The notes below the pieces were generated by a model that saw nothing but the letters and a program-made list of their open reading frames with translations, ran no database searches and was not told the origin of the DNA. Source: Candidatus Delongbacteria bacterium (lineage in GTDB: Bacteria > CAIWAD01). From it: a stretch of 64,000 bases of DNA. The stretch lies in contig OY760505.1 of the NCBI GenBank assembly GCA_963663545.1, forward strand, positions 320,001-384,000, given 5' to 3'. This document shows, piece after piece, positions 10,424 to 21,276 of the stretch. The position numbers and the translations under genes were made by a program. The number at the start of each line of letters is the position of its first letter. The first letter of the stretch is position 1.

Positions 10424-13400
10424 ATGCCGGGTCGTTCGTCTCTTGTACTCTGTGTGACACTCGTAGGCTTTGCGCTACAGGCACACGCAGACCATCTGCA
10501 ATTCAGCTATACCCTTCCAGCAGCGCACTTCACGCGCAGTGCGGAAGGCGGCACCTTGAACCTTCCGGGTTCTCATCGTCATGGTATTGCGGGTGCTCCC
10601 GACCTTCCCGTCTGGCCGCTGCAGCTACTGTTGCCAGCTGGTCACGAAGCGATTTCGCTCAACGTGCGCTATGAGGACGTGGAGCTTCAATCCGTCGATC
10701 CACTGCGACCCAGCCAACAGGCTGTGCCCATCTCCCAAAGTCAACTTGCCCGTCGCACACGGCCCGACGAGCAGATCTACAACCGAGATGCTTTCTGGCC
10801 GGAGTCCGACTATGCGCACTTGAGCACTTCTGCGCTGGGCGGCCACTGCATCGCCCTGGCGGATCTTTATCCCCTGCGCTACAATGCTGTCAGCGGCGAA
10901 TTTAGCTTCGCGCATCGCATCGTCGTGGATGTGGAAACAGCACCCGGCGAGCGCTTCCTGCCGCCGCGTGCGGAGTTCCAGCGCGAGCTCAGCGGTCGCA
11001 TCGACAACGCGCAGGCGATGGCCGACTACAGGTATTGCATGGACGCCAGCCGCACTGATCCTGTGGAGATGCTGATCATTACCGACAGCTCTCTGGAATC
11101 CGCCTTTCAGCCGCTGGCTGACTACAAAAACAGCCTGGGTCTGAGTTGTGAGATTCAGTCGATCGATGAGATTCTGGCCGCCCAGAACGGGCGCGACAAC
11201 GCCGAGAAGCTGCGCAATCACCTGATCGCCCAGTATGAGGAGCGCAATATCCGCTACGTGCTGCTGGGCGGTGATACAGAGGTCATTCCCTACCGCAGTC
11301 TCTACGTGGATACGGGCTATGATACTGCCGATCACCTCCCCTCCGATTTCTATTTCGCCGCCTTGGATGGCGATTGGAACAGCGATGGCGACAACCGCTG
11401 GGGTGAGCCGGGCGAAGAAGACTGGTACGCCGAATTGGCTGTGGGAAGGGCCAGCGTCAGCACCACGACCGAAGCGCAGAACTTTGTACACAAGCAGATT
11501 TCCTATCAAAGCAATCCGGTCCTTGCCGATGTATCACAGTACCGCATGGTGGGCGAAGAACTGAACGATGATCCCCAGACCTGGGGCGGCGACAGCAAGG
11601 ATGAAGTGGCCGCAGGCAGCAGTACCTATGGAATCACGACTGCGGGGTTCCCGCCCTCGGTCACCACGAGCACTCTCTACGATCGCGACCACACCTGGGT
11701 CAAAACCGAACTCTTCTCTGCGTTGGCCAATGGCGTGAACTTCAGCAATCACTTGGGTCACTCCAACTGGAACTACGTGATGAAGTTCGGCAACTCCGAT
11801 GTGACCACGGCCAACTTCCCCAGTGATGGCGTGAATCACAGCTATCATCTGGGCTATAGCCAGGGCTGCATTCCCGGCGCCTTTGAATACAACGATTGCA
11901 TTCTGGAGCACCTGACCAATCTGAGTACGGGCTACGCGGCCTTCATTGGCAACTCGCGCTACGGCTGGTACTCGCCCGGCCAGACCAGCGGCCCCAGCCA
12001 GTTCTTTGATCGCGAGTTTTTCGACGCCCTCTTCGACGAGGGTATTCGCGAATTGGCTGCCGCCAACAATGACAGCAAACACGATCTGGTGAGCTGGGCC
12101 AACAGCGATGGCATCATGCGCTGGTGCTACTATGAATTGAATCTCTTCGGCGACCCCGGACTGATCCCCTGGAGCTCAGCCCCCTGCGTGCTGCAAGTCG
12201 ATGTGGAAAACGAAGTGCTGCCCGGCACAAACAGCCTTTCGCTACTGCTGAACCTAACCGGCCAATCACCCGCTGGCACGCGTGTGTCCCTGCTGGACGC
12301 AGGCGGCAACATTCTGGGCACGACTACGGCTAACGCTTTCGGGGAAGCGACCCTGCAACTGGATGCGCCAATGACCGAAATCGCCGACTACGAGTTGGTG
12401 GTATCCGGTTACAACCTGCTGGTGCATCGGGAAACCATCCGTCTGAGCGAACCTGCGGAGGCGCATCTTGTTGCCAATGCCATGCTCATTGAGGACACGA
12501 ACGGCAACGGTGCACTGGAAGCCGGCGAAGAAGCCAGCCTCTTTCTCAACCTGCACAACTACGGCGGGGCTGATGCCACGAATGCTGGGCTACAGCTGCT
12601 TGAAAGCGAGGACTACGAAGTTGTCCAGGGCTCGCTGGCCTTCGAGAATTCCATTGCGTCGGGTGGAGACGCTACGCCTGCCACTCCTCTGGTGATACGC
12701 CCCCGCTTTGATCTTGAGGACGGCACGGACCTGACCCTTTTCTTTGCGGCAAGCGCGGACAATGGATACTGGGAGTTTGAACTCTCCCGAACGGTGCTGA
12801 GTCCGCTCTATGCACTGGGAAGCCTGACGGCTGAGGATACCGCCAACGGCCATCTGGACCCGCAGGAAAGCTCACAGCTCATTCTGGAATTGCAGAACGA
12901 GGGCCAGGGCAGCTATCTGGACGGCGAGGCTGAACTCCTGTGCAGCATCGGCGGTGTCGACATTAGCACGAGCATTCTGCCGGTGGGCGATCTGAGTCAC
13001 GGCGCTAGCCTGCAATTGCCCTTTGCCCTGAACATTGGTGGAACTCTCCAGGCGGGTGATCTACTGGACTTCAGCTTCCGCGTCCGCGACGAGCAAAACA
13101 ACCTGCGCTTCGAGCAGGACTTTGTGTTACAACTGGGCGAAGTCGCCGTCGGCTTCGAGAGTGGTGCGCTGGATGAACTGAGCTGGGAATCCGAAGACAC
13201 AGTCTGGTCGGTGATCTCCAGTGGTGCGGCGGAAGGCGGCTACTGTGCGCGTAGCGCTTCCATCGGTCACAACAGCAGCAGTGGGCTTTTCTTCGATTTG
13301 GGTTTCGATTGTATCACACGCGTGGCTTTTCAGTACCGTGTCAGCTCTGAAGAGGGCGACGACCTTCTGCGTTTCGAAGTGGATGGGCAAACGGTGGCCT

Positions 13401-14611
13401 CCTGGTCGGGCGAGGAAGGCTGGGACTCATACAGTGTCAATGTATCACCCGGTCTGCATCGCATCGGCTGGCGCTATGTCAAGGACAACGCCTACAGCAG
13501 CGGCCAGGATTGCGCCTGGTTGGACGATATTCAAATCGGTCCCGCGCCCCAGGCTCGCATCTACTGTGACACAGAATCCATCCATACTACTGTTGCCGCT
13601 GGCAGCAGTGGCAGCATCGACTTGGTGCTAAGCAACACCGGTAGCGACGATCTGCACTGGCAGGCGGCGCTCCTGGAGCAAATTACGCGCTCCTTCAGCG
13701 ACGACATGGAAGAAGGCGAAGGCGGCTGGAGTCACGACGGCAGCAACGACGATTGGCACCTTAGCACTCAGCGCGCCTACTCCGGCAGCACTTCCTGGCA
13801 CTGCGGCATTGATGGAGGTGACTACCAAAACAACACCCACGCCTGGCTGGTTAGCCCGACCTTCTTCGTGGAACCGCAGGCCACCTTCGGCTTCCGTCAC
13901 TGGCTGGAGATGGAGCTAGGCAGCCCCACTCACGCCTGGGATGGCGCCCTGGTGGAGATCAGTCTTGCGGAAAGTGATACGTGGACGTCGATCAATCCGC
14001 TGGGCGGTTATCCTTATCTCGCACAGCCCAATGTGGATTCACCTTTTGATCCCTACACGCCGATCTACTCCGGTTCGGTTGACTGGGAGCAGGAGGAGTT
14101 TGATCTGGCGGATTACGCTGGCCAGCTTGTACGTGTACGCTTCCGCTTCGGTAGCGATGCTGGAAACAGCGCGGAAGGCTGGTATATCGACGATGTGCGC
14201 ATCAATGGTCTCACGGTGGAATGGCTGAGTCTCGATCCCGCTGCGGGCACAATTCTGCCGGAAGAATCCCAGACCTTGACCCTTGCCGTGGACACGAACG
14301 ACCTGGATCTCGGTGTGCATGAGGCAAGACTGTTCTTTGCCAGCGATGCGATCAATGATCCCAGTCTGGCCCTGCCCGTGACCTTGATTGTCGGCGTGGC
14401 CGAACCGGTCGACGACCTGCAAATCAGCTGGACGGCGCCCTACGTTTGTCTGCACTGGACCGCCCTGAGTGGCACTCCGGTTTATCGGATACAGCGCAGC
14501 GGCGAGCCCTATGGCGACTACATAACCGTGGGCACAACCACCAACGCCTTCTGGCAGGAGCGCATGCCGCGCTTCCCCGTCGGCTACTACCGGGTGATCG
14601 TCGAGCGTTAG
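10424..14611 (+). CDS. Gingipain-like peptidase family C25, tandem paralog of 5925..10106
   Basis: Colinear over the full length, same catalytic motifs (NHLGHS, SQGC). Confidence 0.88.
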   Translation: MPGRSSLVLCVTLVGFALQAHADHLQFSYTLPAAHFTRSAEGGTLNLPGSHRHGIAGAPDLPVWPLQLLLPAGHEAISLNVRYEDVELQSVDPLRPSQQAVPISQSQLARRTRPDEQIYNRDAFWPESDYAHLSTSALGGHCIALADLYPLRYNAVSGEFSFAHRIVVDVETAPGERFLPPRAEFQRELSGRIDNAQAMADYRYCMDASRTDPVEMLIITDSSLESAFQPLADYKNSLGLSCEIQSIDEILAAQNGRDNAEKLRNHLIAQYEERNIRYVLLGGDTEVIPYRSLYVDTGYDTADHLPSDFYFAALDGDWNSDGDNRWGEPGEEDWYAELAVGRASVSTTTEAQNFVHKQISYQSNPVLADVSQYRMVGEELNDDPQTWGGDSKDEVAAGSSTYGITTAGFPPSVTTSTLYDRDHTWVKTELFSALANGVNFSNHLGHSNWNYVMKFGNSDVTTANFPSDGVNHSYHLGYSQGCIPGAFEYNDCILEHLTNLSTGYAAFIGNSRYGWYSPGQTSGPSQFFDREFFDALFDEGIRELAAANNDSKHDLVSWANSDGIMRWCYYELNLFGDPGLIPWSSAPCVLQVDVENEVLPGTNSLSLLLNLTGQSPAGTRVSLLDAGGNILGTTTANAFGEATLQLDAPMTEIADYELVVSGYNLLVHRETIRLSEPAEAHLVANAMLIEDTNGNGALEAGEEASLFLNLHNYGGADATNAGLQLLESEDYEVVQGSLAFENSIASGGDATPATPLVIRPRFDLEDGTDLTLFFAASADNGYWEFELSRTVLSPLYALGSLTAEDTANGHLDPQESSQLILELQNEGQGSYLDGEAELLCSIGGVDISTSILPVGDLSHGASLQLPFALNIGGTLQAGDLLDFSFRVRDEQNNLRFEQDFVLQLGEVAVGFESGALDELSWESEDTVWSVISSGAAEGGYCARSASIGHNSSSGLFFDLGFDCITRVAFQYRVSSEEGDDLLRFEVDGQTVASWSGEEGWDSYSVNVSPGLHRIGWRYVKDNAYSSGQDCAWLDDIQIGPAPQARIYCDTESIHTTVAAGSSGSIDLVLSNTGSDDLHWQAALLEQITRSFSDDMEEGEGGWSHDGSNDDWHLSTQRAYSGSTSWHCGIDGGDYQNNTHAWLVSPTFFVEPQATFGFRHWLEMELGSPTHAWDGALVEISLAESDTWTSINPLGGYPYLAQPNVDSPFDPYTPIYSGSVDWEQEEFDLADYAGQLVRVRFRFGSDAGNSAEGWYIDDVRINGLTVEWLSLDPAAGTILPEESQTLTLAVDTNDLDLGVHEARLFFASDAINDPSLALPVTLIVGVAEPVDDLQISWTAPYVCLHWTALSGTPVYRIQRSGEPYGDYITVGTTTNAFWQERMPRFPVGYYRVIVER

Positions 14612-14635
14612 GTCTTGTATCACACGAACAAACAG

Positions 14636-14670
14636 AAGGGGTCGTGAGCAGTTCACGACCCCTTTTCTTC
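14636..14670. terminator. Intrinsic terminator between convergent genes
   Basis: aaggggtcgtga-gcagt-tcacgacccctt followed by ttctt. Confidence 0.7.
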
Positions 14671-14694
14671 TCCAATCGATGGGAACGGGTGCGA

Positions 14695-14935
14695 TCACTT
14701 CAGCAGCAGCACCTTCTGCGTTTGTGTTACGTCAGCGGCTTGAAGCCGAACGAGGTAAACGCCGCTCGCCAGACCGCTGCCATCAAAGGCCAGACGATGT
14801 TCTCCCGCCGGGCGCACTTCGTCACACAAACACGCCACTTCCTGCCCCAACAGGTTGTAGACACTCAGGCTCACGCGGGACTCGCTCCCCTGTTGCCAAC
14901 GGATCTGTGTCACGGGATTGAAGGGGTTTCCGGAT
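14695..14935 (-). pseudogene. Isolated T9SS-type C-terminal domain remnant
   Basis: PFNPVTQI...VYNLLGQEV...LASGVYLVRL...QKVLLLK with a disrupted YPNP motif and no upstream body or signal peptide. Confidence 0.65.
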
Positions 14936-15107
14936 CGCTTATGGTCAGTTCTTGTGATAGGATTCGAGTGATTGCGGTGCTGCCCAAGTAGCTACAGAAT
15001 CAGCAACTCATTAGGCGCAGATACTACTATTGCCAACCTTGTGATACGAGAGGAATTGCACCTGCAACTAGCCTATAAAAGTCAGGTACTGGTTTTGAAC
15101 TGAGCGG

Positions 15108-15641
15108 CTACATGGAAAGAGGAGGCAAATACACCCAGCGCTCGCGAAGAAGCACTCCATCCTCGTCCTGCAGTTCGTCACGCAGGCCGATCTCATTCCA
15201 GTCGGTCGGTGATACAAATCCTAGTTCACGGCTCAGTCTGCGCTCCGTGATACGCATGGTGCGTCCAAGATCGGTGCTGGATTCGGTCACAAGTGGTTGC
15301 AGGTATTCTTCACCACGCAGCAACAGCAGCTCGCAATCAAAGAGTGTAGGCCAGGTGATACAGCACACGGGGATCAGCGCGGAAGCCTCGCCTTTGAGTT
15401 TGCGCTGCAATAGAGCGGATGCCCTGAGCACTTCCTGTAGCACCGTACGCTGTATCACGAAACGCGCTCGCGGGCCTTCCACCATTGCCGAGTTCACCGG
15501 CAGACGCCAGTAGTAGCCGGCGTCGTCCACACCATCGGGCGCTGGCGGGTGCTGTGCAAACCTATCGGCCCAGGCAGCCAGCGCACGCAGTCGGCGTTTG
15601 AGGCCGCGTACACGTTTGTTGCTGATGGCAAGCTCTCGCAT
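15108..15641 (-). CDS. Hypothetical protein, DUF3916-like
   Basis: N-terminus MRELAISNKRVRGLKRRLRALAAW resembles DUF3916 proteins (from recall); GAGGTG RBS. Confidence 0.55.
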   Translation of the reverse strand: MRELAISNKRVRGLKRRLRALAAWADRFAQHPPAPDGVDDAGYYWRLPVNSAMVEGPRARFVIQRTVLQEVLRASALLQRKLKGEASALIPVCCITWPTLFDCELLLLRGEEYLQPLVTESSTDLGRTMRITERRLSRELGFVSPTDWNEIGLRDELQDEDGVLLRERWVYLPPLSM

Positions 15642-15685
15642 GATGTCACCTCACTATGCCCAAACTTCGTCCCATCGCATCGCCT

Positions 15686-15752
15686 CCAGCACGCCCTTGC
15701 GGTACTCCTGCCAGCGGCCCTGCTGAAGGGCCAGACGGGCGTCGCGCAACGC
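15686..15752 (-). repeat. Displaced copy of the tgt 3' end (copy 3)
   Basis: Encodes ALRDARLALQQGRWQEYRKGVL versus Tgt [22 protein letters not shown]. Confidence 0.8.
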
Positions 15753-18329
15753 CTATTTTAGCAACAAAACCTTCCGTGTCTGCGCCACATCTTCTGTGCG
15801 CAAGGTGATGAAGTAAACGCCGCTGGCCAGCGCTTGGCCATCAAAGCGAACCTGATGCTCGCCGGGCATGAAATCCCCTTCGGCCAAATCGGCCACAAGC
15901 TGCCCGCACAGGTTGTAGGCGGAAAGACGCAGATGCGTGGGTGCCTGTATGATAAAGGGAATCGTCGTTACCGGATTGAAGGGATTGGGATACGCGTCAC
16001 CCAGTGTCGGCGAGGCGGGAAGCGTGGCCGCCTTGAGCGGCGGCACCGCCAGCCAGGGATCACCCGGAGCCAGCGGACCGCCGGTGTAACCGATATCACA
16101 GCGCAGGCCGCCCAGCCCGGGCCACAGGGCAATGGCGGGAATCTCGCTATCGGGAAGATCCTGCCAGCTAGGATCTGGATCGCCCGCATCCACACAGGGC
16201 GAGTTGCTCGCTAGATACGGCACACCACGCTGCTCATCGAAGCGCGCGTCGGCCACCACGAAATTACCTTCGCCGGGCTGCGCCTCCTGCAAACAACTAT
16301 AGGTGAATGGCGGCGTGTACTTATCGCCGGCGTACCATTCATGCAGCTCGTGCCCCAAGCTGATATAGCTGCAATTGTTCACCAGGATGTTGCGCCATAC
16401 CGAATACCTTGGGCGAATTCGAATATTGTACGTGTTGCTCTCGTGCGTGAGGAACTTGGTGTTGCAGTCCACCAGAGTGACGTTTTCCACATGAACGCTA
16501 TCGCTACAGACACAAAAGGGGTCCTGCTCACCGACATCGTAGGCTACGCCAGGAAAGATTCTTAGCGTATCTGTGTTCTGAATCAGAACGTTTTGCACCC
16601 GCGCAAAACAGACAGAATCGTAGGGTGCGGGAATTCCTGAAGCACGCAGAGCATAGCGGTTGTTGTCGATGTATTGACAATTGCGCACCGTCAAACGCCT
16701 GGCTGAAAACTCGCTGGCGCCGTCGTCATTGTCCACAAACAGGCAGTCCTCCACCAGCATGTCGCCCTTTGACAAGCCCAGCATCTGACGAGCACCAGCG
16801 GACACCGTGCTGCCAACGTGTATTAGGCGCAAATTCGGGTCAAAGGGCCAGGTATATTCCATGTTCTCGTACCGGTTGTGTAGCACACGCAGATTGCGCA
16901 ACTCGAGACGACAGGGATGGCAGTACGCATATACGGATATTGTAAGCACTCGAAATGGGCAACGGGTGCCACGGCTGAAGTAGTTGTAGGGGTCATCTAG
17001 GTCAATCACTTCATTGCCCTCACAAAGCAAGTCCTCAAAAACAAAGGTGCCTTCAGTATCTGAAAACTCTGCCTCTAACAGTGCTTTGCTAACAGCGTGC
17101 ACTTCATGAAGCACGCCATCACCGTAATCGACCAAATACTTCGGCGCAACGGAGGTGTTCCGGCAAAGCTCGCCATGACGCAGATTCATCCGCCTAGTGG
17201 CCATAGCTCTGCCTGGACCGGCAGAGTACAAAGTGTCCTCATCTCCTGGATCAGTAACATTGTCGTTAAAACGAAAATTGCTCAACTCGCCAAGCCGCCC
17301 ACCGACGATTCCGAGCAGGCGCCAGGATCTACTTGAACAACGTTCGAAGACCAGCCCGTCCACGGTGGTCATACTTTCGCAATGGATCATTGCGTAGAAG
17401 CTCGCGTCGTAGTTAAGCGGATCGTCCGAAACCGTGTTATCACTAATCTCAACATCTCGCACGCGCACATCCCGATCCGATGCGATGTTAAGAAGGGGGC
17501 TGTAGTTGTGAATGTGCGTCATGCGCACGCCCTGCACATCAAGATCAAACTCGCTTCCCACATTAAACACAGAACAGCCGGAGTTACCGAAAAGGTGAAG
17601 ATTGTGGAAGTCGACGCCTTCTACGCGAGTGTAGGTATCGCTACCGAAGCTGAACTCTGCTTCGGCTACTGAATCCCCCTCCATGCTGACCTGCAGATCT
17701 CGGACTTCAAGGGTATCCTCAACACCGATTCGCACACTGTATGACGAATACTCAAAGGATCTCGTGTCATCCATTACAAAGTGGCTGTTATACAAGCGAG
17801 TAGAACGTGGCGTTTCCGTGATCTGCACATGGGTGGAATCCACCAAGTACACATGGGGTTTTGCCATCAGATCTCGAGCAGCAACCCCAATCTCTGTACG
17901 GTTCCAGCGAAAACGCAGATGCTCCAGACGGGCATCGGCCAGTTCCCGCTGATGAATACCGCCTGGGAAATCGTAAGGAGGTTCATCTAAACGCCTCATC
18001 CCCATGCCGTGCTGTATGGTAAAGCCCACAACGCGGCAGAAATGCGGATCTGTATTGCGAATAGTCAGCACGGTGCCCGTCAGTTCTCCATCGAGCTGAG
18101 TTTCCAGAATGTCGGTGGTGTCGCCGCTGAACAGATAATTGGAGCACAGAGTCAGATCCCGGTCCGGCGTCACCAGATGAACCGGCCAGCAGCCACGGGC
18201 CACCAGCACCGTATCGCCAGGCTCGGTCTGGTCCAGGGCCTGCTGGAGATTGTCGATCTGGGAAGGGAACTCAAGAACAGCCGCACGGGCACAGAAGCAG
18301 CAAACAAGCAACAGCAGGTGGCGTATCAT
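15753..18329 (-). CDS. Secreted beta-helix-like protein with T9SS-type CTD (protein B, copy 2)
   Basis: GGAGGAGAG RBS before MIRHLLLLVCC signal peptide; LQQALD..PGDTVLV start, SPCVDAGDP, DIGYTGG, AYPNPFNP...RKVLLLK. Confidence 0.75.
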   Translation of the reverse strand: MIRHLLLLVCCFCARAAVLEFPSQIDNLQQALDQTEPGDTVLVARGCWPVHLVTPDRDLTLCSNYLFSGDTTDILETQLDGELTGTVLTIRNTDPHFCRVVGFTIQHGMGMRRLDEPPYDFPGGIHQRELADARLEHLRFRWNRTEIGVAARDLMAKPHVYLVDSTHVQITETPRSTRLYNSHFVMDDTRSFEYSSYSVRIGVEDTLEVRDLQVSMEGDSVAEAEFSFGSDTYTRVEGVDFHNLHLFGNSGCSVFNVGSEFDLDVQGVRMTHIHNYSPLLNIASDRDVRVRDVEISDNTVSDDPLNYDASFYAMIHCESMTTVDGLVFERCSSRSWRLLGIVGGRLGELSNFRFNDNVTDPGDEDTLYSAGPGRAMATRRMNLRHGELCRNTSVAPKYLVDYGDGVLHEVHAVSKALLEAEFSDTEGTFVFEDLLCEGNEVIDLDDPYNYFSRGTRCPFRVLTISVYAYCHPCRLELRNLRVLHNRYENMEYTWPFDPNLRLIHVGSTVSAGARQMLGLSKGDMLVEDCLFVDNDDGASEFSARRLTVRNCQYIDNNRYALRASGIPAPYDSVCFARVQNVLIQNTDTLRIFPGVAYDVGEQDPFCVCSDSVHVENVTLVDCNTKFLTHESNTYNIRIRPRYSVWRNILVNNCSYISLGHELHEWYAGDKYTPPFTYSCLQEAQPGEGNFVVADARFDEQRGVPYLASNSPCVDAGDPDPSWQDLPDSEIPAIALWPGLGGLRCDIGYTGGPLAPGDPWLAVPPLKAATLPASPTLGDAYPNPFNPVTTIPFIIQAPTHLRLSAYNLCGQLVADLAEGDFMPGEHQVRFDGQALASGVYFITLRTEDVAQTRKVLLLK

Positions 18330-18414
18330 GATCTCTCCTCCTTGCACTCTTTCGCAACTAAAGGGAAAGCGCGGCCGCCGCACGAAGCGGCGACCGCATC
18401 AAGTATCACCTCAG

Positions 18415-21276
18415 TTACTTGACCATCAGCATTTTCTGCATGGCCAACTGACCGCCACCGGCGGCGCGCACCAAATAGCAACCAGAGGCCAGGGCAGAGC
18501 CATCAAACTGGAACTGATGGCTGCCGGCGTCCAGGTGTCCCTGGTGCAGTGTGCTCACAAGCTGTCCCTGCAGGTTGTACACCTCGACCGTCAGGGTCTG
18601 GGCAGTATTCACCTGTAGAGTGATGCTTGTTGTCGGATTGAAGGGATTGGGATAAACCTCACCCAACTGGAATGCCGCAGGCTGCGCAGTGCGGCTTCCC
18701 GGCTCGGCTCCCGCGCTGGACAAGGGGCGGTAGTCAAGCATATTCTGCACGGCTTCCTGCTGCCGCTGCGCTTCGTGTCCGCCAAGGCTGCTGGTAGCAC
18801 CCACGGAGGGATAAGTGGCAATCTCAAGCAGGGCCAGAGTTGCTGTTTCCACCGCGGCCTCGTTTGCCCCCTCAAGAAGGACGGCCTGCAAATTGGCGCG
18901 GGCTCCTTCGACATCGCCGGCACGGGCCAGCACGCACTGGGCAGCGCTGTACTGCATGGCGGCCTGCCAGCTCAGATCGGCCTCGGCGGAACCCACGGCA
19001 GCAGCTTCAAGAGTGCTGGCAATGGCAAGCTTCTCATCGGACTGATACTTACCCAGCTCCTTCAGTCGACTGGCGGCTTCAGCCGCGTACTTCGACTGAG
19101 GATAGAGCAGCACCAGCTCGGAATAGTACCATACGGCATCCGAGCTAAGACCCAGCTCTTCTGCCCCATTGCCGTCGTCCCACAGCTTCACATCGTCGAT
19201 ATTGCCGTTGGGATCGGGACAGAAGGGGGTGTAATTCAGGGTGGGACCCCAGAAGCCGATGCACAGGCTGCCATCGGCATAAGCGGGGATTTCTCCATTT
19301 GGATTGTGATCTAGAATGCTGCAGTCGGGAATCGAAGTATTCTGGTCTTCACCCCAGAAATTGTTGCGCCAGTAAAGAGAGACAGGATCCGGGGATTCGG
19401 AGTAGAAAAAGCGTGAATCACTGTCTAGCCAATCGCGGTTGGCAAAGCCGTTGTAGCCACAGTCCATCAGGGTGTGCCCATGGATCTCGTGTACTAGACA
19501 ATCGACATCGTGTACTTCTACAGAAAAGCCATTGCAGCCTTCATCGCTCATATCCGTGGCATTGCAGAGCAGTCCCAGTTGAAGCTCCTCGCCTCCCGTA
19601 AAGGTGTTGCGCAGCATGCGCGTGGCACCATTGCTGAGTTGCGCAATGGGGCGATCTGCATAGCTTTCACTGCAATTGAAGTCGCAGTCAATGAGGCTTG
19701 TGTTCGTTCCGCATAGCGCATACAGTGGGTAGTAGTTACCGGCGGGGGTCTGGTTTTCAACAAAGCTGCAATTTTTCACTCGTAGCTTGCCGCCCAGCAC
19801 AAGGGCCACTGAACGAACGCCTATCTTGTCGTACATGTAAGGCGTATCCAAGAACTGGTTATGCCCATTATCATCAAAATAGAAGTCCCTGAGAGTGCCC
19901 GTAACGTCAACGAAGTGCAGGTTGGCGTGCCCCAGGTTGGCCAGCTGCAGGTTCTCATCTTCGGCGTCCTTGCTGCCCACCAAGCTCAGGTTCTTCATGT
20001 ACCCAAAGGAGAACGCAGTGCTGGGGGCCACATTCAGCAGAAGGCCGTGAATCGTCGCATTGCTGCGAGTAGAGGTATTGCCGCGCAAACTGAAGTAGCT
20101 ACCTGCAATGAGGTTGTAATTGACGGGATCGAAGTCGCCGCCAACAAAGGCCACACGGGGCTTGCCGCTTTCGCCAATGACAATATCGCCACTCGTATTC
20201 AAATAGGTATTGGCACCTGCGGAGGTCACGCGGAGCACCACATCCGACTTGATCTGCATTCCCGTCGGAAAATCATGAGTCGTCTGTGTGTCGACGGTGT
20301 ACCAACCGGGCTTCACCTGCTCGCCCTGGAAGGACTCGCTGATCGGGCGCACAGGATACTTCTGCTTCCAGCCAATGTCGGCGTAGCTCAGGTCGAAATC
20401 GCGAGGGAAGCTGGGATCGCCTGCGTCTTCCAGCACGCTCTTGAAGCGAGGACGGTAATCGTGGTTGGCCAGGTTGGTGAAGCCAAGGTCTGCCACTTGC
20501 AGCCATCCGCGAACACCAGGCACAGGACTGTAGCTTCTATCCGAGGCCAAGAAAGCAGCATCCAAAGTCCCGGTGAATTGAAGACAGGGAGTTTGCCCAG
20601 TGCCTTTATAACGGCTGAACACACAGTTGCGAACGTGGGCATGGCCCCCGCGAAAGCTCACGTCGGCATGATCGCCCACAGAGTTGTTATCAAAGGTGCA
20701 TCCTGCCACAATCGCACCGTAATTCGCTTCGAGAATACACTCATCAGCCTCGTTCTCGTAGAACAGACAGTTCTCAAACCTAGGCGGCGTGCCATGGGCC
20801 GGACGATGAACGGCTCTCAACATACTCCTGGCCGCTTCACAAGAGTTGCCGTAGAATCGGCAATCGCGCACTACGCAATCGGCGCCTGAAAGTCTGAGCA
20901 CCGCACCTCGACTCCATCCACTGAACGTAATTCCCTGTAGTGTCAGCGATCCATTGTCCCAGCAATCCACCAGGAAAACGCCCCCTGCACTTCCGTCCAT
21001 GACTACGGAACCATCGTAGCATTCCTGATGGCTCTGCGGAGTCCCGGCGACGGCGCGAATTCGCACCTTGGCGCGATTCGAGACCAAGAAAACAGGACCG
21101 CGGGGTTGGTATTTACCGGGGAAAACCAGCAATTCACAGTCAGAGCTCTGGCTGTCAATCCAATTCGATGCCGCATCAAGGTCGGCAAAATCGAAGATCG
21201 GCGGACCACCTGGCCCCAGGGTCTTTGACACATCCGCGGCCAGGACCGTCGTGTGAATCCAACACAACACGATCAA
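18415..21276 (-). CDS. Secreted beta-helix plus short TPR-like helical protein with T9SS-type CTD (protein A, copy 2); start uncertain
   Basis: xxCxFxxN repeats, DAGDP..DxDxSxADIG, YPQSKYA helical segment, YPNPFNP CTD. Confidence 0.72.
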   Translation of the reverse strand: MIVLCWIHTTVLAADVSKTLGPGGPPIFDFADLDAASNWIDSQSSDCELLVFPGKYQPRGPVFLVSNRAKVRIRAVAGTPQSHQECYDGSVVMDGSAGGVFLVDCWDNGSLTLQGITFSGWSRGAVLRLSGADCVVRDCRFYGNSCEAARSMLRAVHRPAHGTPPRFENCLFYENEADECILEANYGAIVAGCTFDNNSVGDHADVSFRGGHAHVRNCVFSRYKGTGQTPCLQFTGTLDAAFLASDRSYSPVPGVRGWLQVADLGFTNLANHDYRPRFKSVLEDAGDPSFPRDFDLSYADIGWKQKYPVRPISESFQGEQVKPGWYTVDTQTTHDFPTGMQIKSDVVLRVTSAGANTYLNTSGDIVIGESGKPRVAFVGGDFDPVNYNLIAGSYFSLRGNTSTRSNATIHGLLLNVAPSTAFSFGYMKNLSLVGSKDAEDENLQLANLGHANLHFVDVTGTLRDFYFDDNGHNQFLDTPYMYDKIGVRSVALVLGGKLRVKNCSFVENQTPAGNYYPLYALCGTNTSLIDCDFNCSESYADRPIAQLSNGATRMLRNTFTGGEELQLGLLCNATDMSDEGCNGFSVEVHDVDCLVHEIHGHTLMDCGYNGFANRDWLDSDSRFFYSESPDPVSLYWRNNFWGEDQNTSIPDCSILDHNPNGEIPAYADGSLCIGFWGPTLNYTPFCPDPNGNIDDVKLWDDGNGAEELGLSSDAVWYYSELVLLYPQSKYAAEAASRLKELGKYQSDEKLAIASTLEAAAVGSAEADLSWQAAMQYSAAQCVLARAGDVEGARANLQAVLLEGANEAAVETATLALLEIATYPSVGATSSLGGHEAQRQQEAVQNMLDYRPLSSAGAEPGSRTAQPAAFQLGEVYPNPFNPTTSITLQVNTAQTLTVEVYNLQGQLVSTLHQGHLDAGSHQFQFDGSALASGCYLVRAAGGGQLAMQKMLMVK

